Of a DNA stretch of 32,000 nucleotides, positions 27,782 through 32,000 are shown in pieces. The stretch is from the NCBI GenBank assembly GCA_035456005.1, contig DATIEA010000012.1, positions 486,643 to 518,642 of the forward strand. Reading direction: 5' to 3'. Position numbers and translations under genes: made by a program. The stretch comes from Phnomibacter sp. Lineage in GTDB: Bacteria > Bacteroidota > Bacteroidia > Chitinophagales > Chitinophagaceae. Each line of letters starts with the position of its first letter. The first letter of the stretch is position 1. Below the pieces are notes generated by a model. That model was not told where the DNA came from. It did no database searches and worked only from the letters and a program-made list of their open reading frames with translations.

Positions 27782-29155
27782 CTACACTGCTTTGCTGAAC
27801 AGTTGAGAGGATGGTACCCCGCTGCTGCGCAACAAATGCATATCGAAGCAACGGGCAATATTCCTGATAAAATTTCTTCCCTGGTCGGTGATAGTGAGGC
27901 CTTCTTTGTTCCAATGAATCAGTCCGTCGGCTTCCAGTTTTTGTAATTCCGGAAAACTGTTTGCTTCCAGCACTTCGAAGAAATTGTCTTCAAATTTTAC
28001 CTTGCCTGTACAGCATACCTGTAAAATATATTTCCTGAACTGGATATCTTCTTCGCTCAAACTATACCCTTTGAAAATGGCCAGGTTCCCGCTATTCACT
28101 GCTTTGTAATAATCGGCCAATGCTTTTTCATTTTGCGCAAATGCAAAACCCGCATCGCTAATGCTGCTTACGCCCAGCCCAATGAGCAGCGAAGTATGCT
28201 GCGTAGTATAGCCCATAAAATTTCGATGAAGGGTGCCATTTTTCCAGGCAGTATGCAAGCTGTCGCCGGGCAATGCATAATGATCCATGCCAATATCGGC
28301 ATAGCCTGCTTCGGTAAGCAGCTCCCGGCCTCTTAGGTACAATTCCATTTTGGCTTCTGCACTGGGCAGATCATGTTCATCAAACAAACGCTGCCCGCGA
28401 CTGGTCCATGGCACATGCGCATAGCTGTAAAATGCAATGCGGTCGGGCCTTAGTCCTATCACTTCCTTCACCGTTTTTTCCAAACTGCTCAATACTTGTT
28501 TGGGCAGTCCGTACACCAGGTCGTAATTCACCGATTCAAAACCCACACGCCTTGCTTCGCTGGTGGCACGTTCTACATTTTCCAAAGGTTGTATGCGGTT
28601 GATGATGCGTTGCACTTCCGGATCATTGTCCTGCACTCCATAACTGATGCGCCTAAACCCAAGGCTGTAAAGGGTTTCGAGGTGTTCAGTGGTTGTATTG
28701 TTCGGATGTCCTTCAATACTCATTTCGGCATGCGTATGCACATCGGCACCGGCTTTGAGCATTTCGATCAACTCCTGCAAATGAGCCGGCGAAAAAAATG
28801 TAGGTGTACCTCCACCCAAATGCAATTCGCGGATAACAGGCCTGCCAGGCAAAAGATCGAGATATAATTTCCACTCTTTAGCCAGTGCTTTCAGGTACAC
28901 ATTTTCTACGCTATGGTTGGTGGTAATTTTTTTGTTGCATCCACAGTACGTGCAAAGACTTTCGCAAAACGGAAGGTGTATGTAAAGGCTGATGCCTTCG
29001 GTATGATTGGTTTGGCTAAACTGCTGTGCAGCCGCCTGCAACCATTCGCCGGAAGAAAATGGTGTTTGCCACACCGGTACCGTGGGGTAACTGGTATAGC
29101 GGGGCACGGGCTGATTGTACTTCACAGCAAGTGATGGTAGCATGGGATTGTTCAT
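27782..29155 (-). CDS. hemN: oxygen-independent coproporphyrinogen III oxidase (radical SAM)
   Basis: PRYTSYPT near the N-terminus and the radical-SAM cluster motif CESLCTYCGC are present. At 457 aa this is HemN length rather than HemW length. Confidence 0.9.
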   Translation of the reverse strand: MNNPMLPSLAVKYNQPVPRYTSYPTVPVWQTPFSSGEWLQAAAQQFSQTNHTEGISLYIHLPFCESLCTYCGCNKKITTNHSVENVYLKALAKEWKLYLDLLPGRPVIRELHLGGGTPTFFSPAHLQELIEMLKAGADVHTHAEMSIEGHPNNTTTEHLETLYSLGFRRISYGVQDNDPEVQRIINRIQPLENVERATSEARRVGFESVNYDLVYGLPKQVLSSLEKTVKEVIGLRPDRIAFYSYAHVPWTSRGQRLFDEHDLPSAEAKMELYLRGRELLTEAGYADIGMDHYALPGDSLHTAWKNGTLHRNFMGYTTQHTSLLIGLGVSSISDAGFAFAQNEKALADYYKAVNSGNLAIFKGYSLSEEDIQFRKYILQVCCTGKVKFEDNFFEVLEANSFPELQKLEADGLIHWNKEGLTITDQGRNFIRNIARCFDMHLLRSSGVPSSQLFSKAV

Positions 29156-29280
29156 AATTCAAAATGACTGCAAATAATTGTAGCTTCTTGTGACCAAAAT
29201 CAGAATTTGTACCCGGCACTGTCACTACTATGTAAAATCTCGGCTACAAACGGCAAGTACAGCTTCCTGCTTTGCAAGAT

Positions 29281-30174
29281 TCAACTCAGGATATCTTTTT
29301 TGCGAAAGGCATAGAGGGCAATTCCAAAAAACAAAATACAATGGCCCAGCAGTATGGCCATAGCTTTTGCCAATGCTGCTGTGCTGTACACCGAGCCCCG
29401 TATAGCCGCTCCATTTGCATCTACTGCCATATTGAACATGCCTTTCCACGCAGTCATATAACTGGTGAAGAGATAGGGATTTATTTGTGTGAACAGTGGC
29501 AGGTCCATCGTGCTGATAATGGTGCACACAATGATCACACTCATTGTAGATACAATGGGGCCAATGCTGTTTTCGGCAAATACACTGAGCATAAAAGAAA
29601 GGGCAGCTACGCTAGCGAGAGCAGCATAGGCAAATGCGAATGCAGCCACAAAACGCCAGAATACATCGTCACCTTCACTGTCTACAAAAAACTGGATGAT
29701 GGTATAGCTTTTGTTCACCAGCAAATCGCTGGTGCCAAAAAGTAGCATACTCAGAAACAATGCGAGTATGGCCATCCACACCAGCAGGATGAAGGTGTAC
29801 ACCAGCCCCGCCAAAAACTTTGCCAGCAACACATAGCTGCGACCGATGGGCTTGGTAAGTAGTAATCGTAGTGTGCCTGCGTTGGCTTCGCCAGCCACCA
29901 GGTCACCGGTTACCAACGCCACCAGCAACGGCACTTGTATCAGCAAGGTGTTGAGGACGAGGAAGCATACAAAATAGCCATTGAGCACATTGCCATCCTG
30001 TATGGCAAACATATCGTCCATGCCATTGAACATGAGTTTTATCCAGGTGGGTCCATCGGCTTTTAATGCCAGTTGAATGAGTGCTACAATTACTGCAATG
30101 GCAATGAACCCAATATAGGTGCGGGGCTTGCGGAATATTTTGTAGAGTTCAACCTTGAGCAGTGTGTACACCAT
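29281..30174 (-). CDS. ABC-2 family transporter permease
   Basis: Six predicted TM segments start at MVYTLLKVELYKIFRKPRTYIGFIAIAVIV. The gene lies downstream of an ABC ATPase gene. I chose the ATG at 30174, because the ORF-track extension overlaps the ATPase gene. Confidence 0.8.
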   Translation of the reverse strand: MVYTLLKVELYKIFRKPRTYIGFIAIAVIVALIQLALKADGPTWIKLMFNGMDDMFAIQDGNVLNGYFVCFLVLNTLLIQVPLLVALVTGDLVAGEANAGTLRLLLTKPIGRSYVLLAKFLAGLVYTFILLVWMAILALFLSMLLFGTSDLLVNKSYTIIQFFVDSEGDDVFWRFVAAFAFAYAALASVAALSFMLSVFAENSIGPIVSTMSVIIVCTIISTMDLPLFTQINPYLFTSYMTAWKGMFNMAVDANGAAIRGSVYSTAALAKAMAILLGHCILFFGIALYAFRKKDILS

Positions 30175-30229
30175 GCGGGATAATTTTCGATACGTAAAAG
30201 CAGTTTGGTTTCGGGATGCCTTGTATTGT

Positions 30230-31132
30230 TTAGTGGCCGGTAAGTTGCAGGAATAAAGTTTCCAGCGAGTGACGCTTGCTGAATTGTTCGATGGGAATAT
30301 CCAGGGCCACAATATCTTTTGCCAGTTGTGGCACATCGTCTGCCCGTATTTGAAACAGCAATCCATCCTCCGTTGCCGTCATGCAATGGCTCCATGCAGA
30401 TGCCTGTATTTTTTCCACTGCATGTTCATCCCCAGTTTGCAATTCCACCACTGTATTGGCCGGGTCAAACAGTTCCTGTGTAGATCCTTCTGTTACTTTT
30501 TTCCCCTTGTCTATAATGATCATGCGGGTAGCCACCTGTTCTATTTCGTTGAGCAAATGGCTACTCACGATCACGGTCTTTTTGTGTTCTTTTCTCAGTG
30601 CAATAATGAGGTGACGCATATCGGCAATGCCCTGTGGGTCGAGGCCATTGGTGGGTTCGTCTAGTATAATGAGTTGCGGGTCGTGTATCAATGCAATGGC
30701 AATGCCCAGCCGTTGTTTCATGCCCTGGCTAAATGTTTTCACCATACTCTTTGCCCTGGCCGCCAATCCCACTTTTTCCAATTGTTCCATCAGCATTTTT
30801 GGTGTGGGCTTTATGCCGCTGAGCCGGGCAAATATCTGCAGGTTATCGTAGGCCGACAGGTACTTGTAAGCATCAGGCCTTTCAATAATGGCGCCTATTT
30901 TGCGCAGTATTTCATTGCGGTGGGCGGGCAGTTGGTAGCCGAACATTTCAATGCTGCCATGGGTAGGCGCTACCAGTGTAAGCAACATTCGGATAGTTGT
31001 ACTTTTTCCTGCGCCGTTCTGTCCTAAAAAACCGTAGATATCGCCGGCGTACACACTAAATGACAAATCATTTACAGCCGTAAAATCGCCAAACCTTTTG
31101 TGCAAATGTTGCACCTGTACTAATGGTTGCAT
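30230..31132 (-). CDS. ABC transporter ATP-binding protein (ABC-2 exporter type)
   Basis: Walker A GQNGAGKST, signature FSQGMKQRL and Walker B LIILDEPTNGLD are present. I chose the ATG at 31132 (MQPLVQVQHLHKRFG...). Confidence 0.9.
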   Translation of the reverse strand: MQPLVQVQHLHKRFGDFTAVNDLSFSVYAGDIYGFLGQNGAGKSTTIRMLLTLVAPTHGSIEMFGYQLPAHRNEILRKIGAIIERPDAYKYLSAYDNLQIFARLSGIKPTPKMLMEQLEKVGLAARAKSMVKTFSQGMKQRLGIAIALIHDPQLIILDEPTNGLDPQGIADMRHLIIALRKEHKKTVIVSSHLLNEIEQVATRMIIIDKGKKVTEGSTQELFDPANTVVELQTGDEHAVEKIQASAWSHCMTATEDGLLFQIRADDVPQLAKDIVALDIPIEQFSKRHSLETLFLQLTGH

Positions 31133-31158
31133 GTTTCTGTTTTGTGCCGGTCCTTGCA

Positions 31159-31194
31159 GGCTACCGGAAATGATTTTTGAAAATCCGGGTAGCC
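31159..31194. promoter_or_regulatory. inverted repeat upstream of the ABC-2 operon
   Basis: The sequence is GGCTACCGGA-N15-TCC(G)GGTAGCC, giving 10 bp with one bulged G. It lies 27-62 nt upstream of the ATPase ATG, in the region divergent from the YccS-like gene. Confidence 0.35.
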
Positions 31195-31280
31195 ATCGCC
31201 TCCTTAAATTTAGCTGATATTGCCCATGGCACATGAAGTCATTTTTTGCTTCAGCATTTTTACTCACCTTTGAAATAAGC

Positions 31281-32000
31281 ATGCAAACTCCTTCACTTCA
31301 ACAGGGCATCCAGGGTTATCGGCGCTTTATCAACAGCTACTACTTTTACGAGGGGCTACGTGTTACGCTGGGGGTAATGCTTCCTGTATTTATCGGTATT
31401 TATTTTCGGCATACTTCATGGGGCATAGCCGCCTCCGTTGGTGCACTGGCTGCGGCCATCACCGATTTTCCCGGGCCACTGCATCACCGCATCAATGGCA
31501 TGGTAGCCGTTACTTTCTGTGTGTTTGGCATTACCCTGCTCACGGGTTCTATCATTCATCATCCACTACTGCTCGGCATTTTTATAGCCCTAAGCGGTTT
31601 TGCTTTTGCATTCATTACAGTGTTTGGCAACAGGGCTTCGCAAATAGGATCGGCCAGTCTTTTGATTCTCACATTGCTTATTGATGAGACCCGCACAGTG
31701 CCTTCTTTTTTCGAACTGGCAGTGGTAACCGTAGTAGGTGCCGTGATGTATTTGCTTATCAGCCTGGTGGTACACAACCTGCGTCCGTACAAATTGGTGC
31801 AGCAGGTATTGGGCGAATGCATGCAGCAAACAGCAGCCTATATTCAAATAAAAGCGGGCATGTATGCACCGCAGCCCGATATTGAAAAGCTGTACCAGCA
31901 ACTCATCGACCAGCAATTGCTCATCAATCAATCGCAGCAAAATGTGCGGGAGATCATGTTCAAAACACGGGCCATTGTAAAAGAGAGTACTCATACCAGC
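31281..32000 (+). CDS. YccS/YhfK (FUSC-like) family integral membrane protein, N-terminal part (runs off the right edge)
   Basis: This gene is absent from the ORF track because it is open-ended. The ATG at 31281 opens 240 codons without a stop: MQTPSLQQGIQGYRRFINSYYFYEGLRVTLGVMLPVFIGIYF...AITDFPGPLHHRINGM...FGNRASQIGSASLLILTL... Several TM segments are followed by a coiled region, as in YccS-family proteins. Confidence 0.7.
   Translation, partial: MQTPSLQQGIQGYRRFINSYYFYEGLRVTLGVMLPVFIGIYFRHTSWGIAASVGALAAAITDFPGPLHHRINGMVAVTFCVFGITLLTGSIIHHPLLLGIFIALSGFAFAFITVFGNRASQIGSASLLILTLLIDETRTVPSFFELAVVTVVGAVMYLLISLVVHNLRPYKLVQQVLGECMQQTAAYIQIKAGMYAPQPDIEKLYQQLIDQQLLINQSQQNVREIMFKTRAIVKESTHTS

Overview
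This is a chromosomal, mostly housekeeping window from a Bacteroidota-type genome. The taxonomic call rests on several features: no Shine-Dalgarno sequences, TAnnTTTG -7 boxes close to start codons, a Cys-poor DksA-like gene directly after a type-2 ileS, a TonB-dependent receptor with a carboxypeptidase-regulatory-like N-terminus, and HemJ.

Gene order, left to right:
- frr (partial, -)
- WecA/MraY-family transferase (-)
- LolC/E-like permease (-)
- rbfA (-)
- MsbA-like ABC exporter (+)
- DksA-like gene with a long Lys/Ala/Pro-rich N-terminus (-)
- ileS (-)
- a 68-aa gene (-)
- a GNAT-like fusion gene (+)
- a roughly 1.2-kb low-GC islet with two orphan genes (-)
- gyrB (-)
- AraC regulator plus TonB-dependent receptor (+)
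- a 10.7-kb haem biosynthesis supercluster: hemL-hemB-hemF-hemE-hemD-hemC-hemA on the minus strand, hemH-hemJ on the plus strand, and hemN on the minus strand
- an ABC-2 exporter pair (-)
- the 5' part of a YccS/FUSC-like membrane protein gene (+)

I found no rRNA, tRNA, CRISPR array, transposase, integrase or recognisable defence gene. I cannot support a claim of a new multi-gene system here. The leads worth following are:
1. A mosaic intergenic element built from strictly 7-nt and 8-nt periodic units, present at three loci. It includes a perfect 35-bp inverted pair bracketing hemEDCA/hemH, and that pair gives the same RNA sense in both transcripts.
2. The DksA-like protein fused to a histone-H1-like AKP-repeat tail.
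3. The low-GC two-gene islet, in which each gene is preceded by a homologous bulged hairpin that shows compensatory changes.

Several ORF-track starts are TTG-extended and were trimmed to conserved N-termini.
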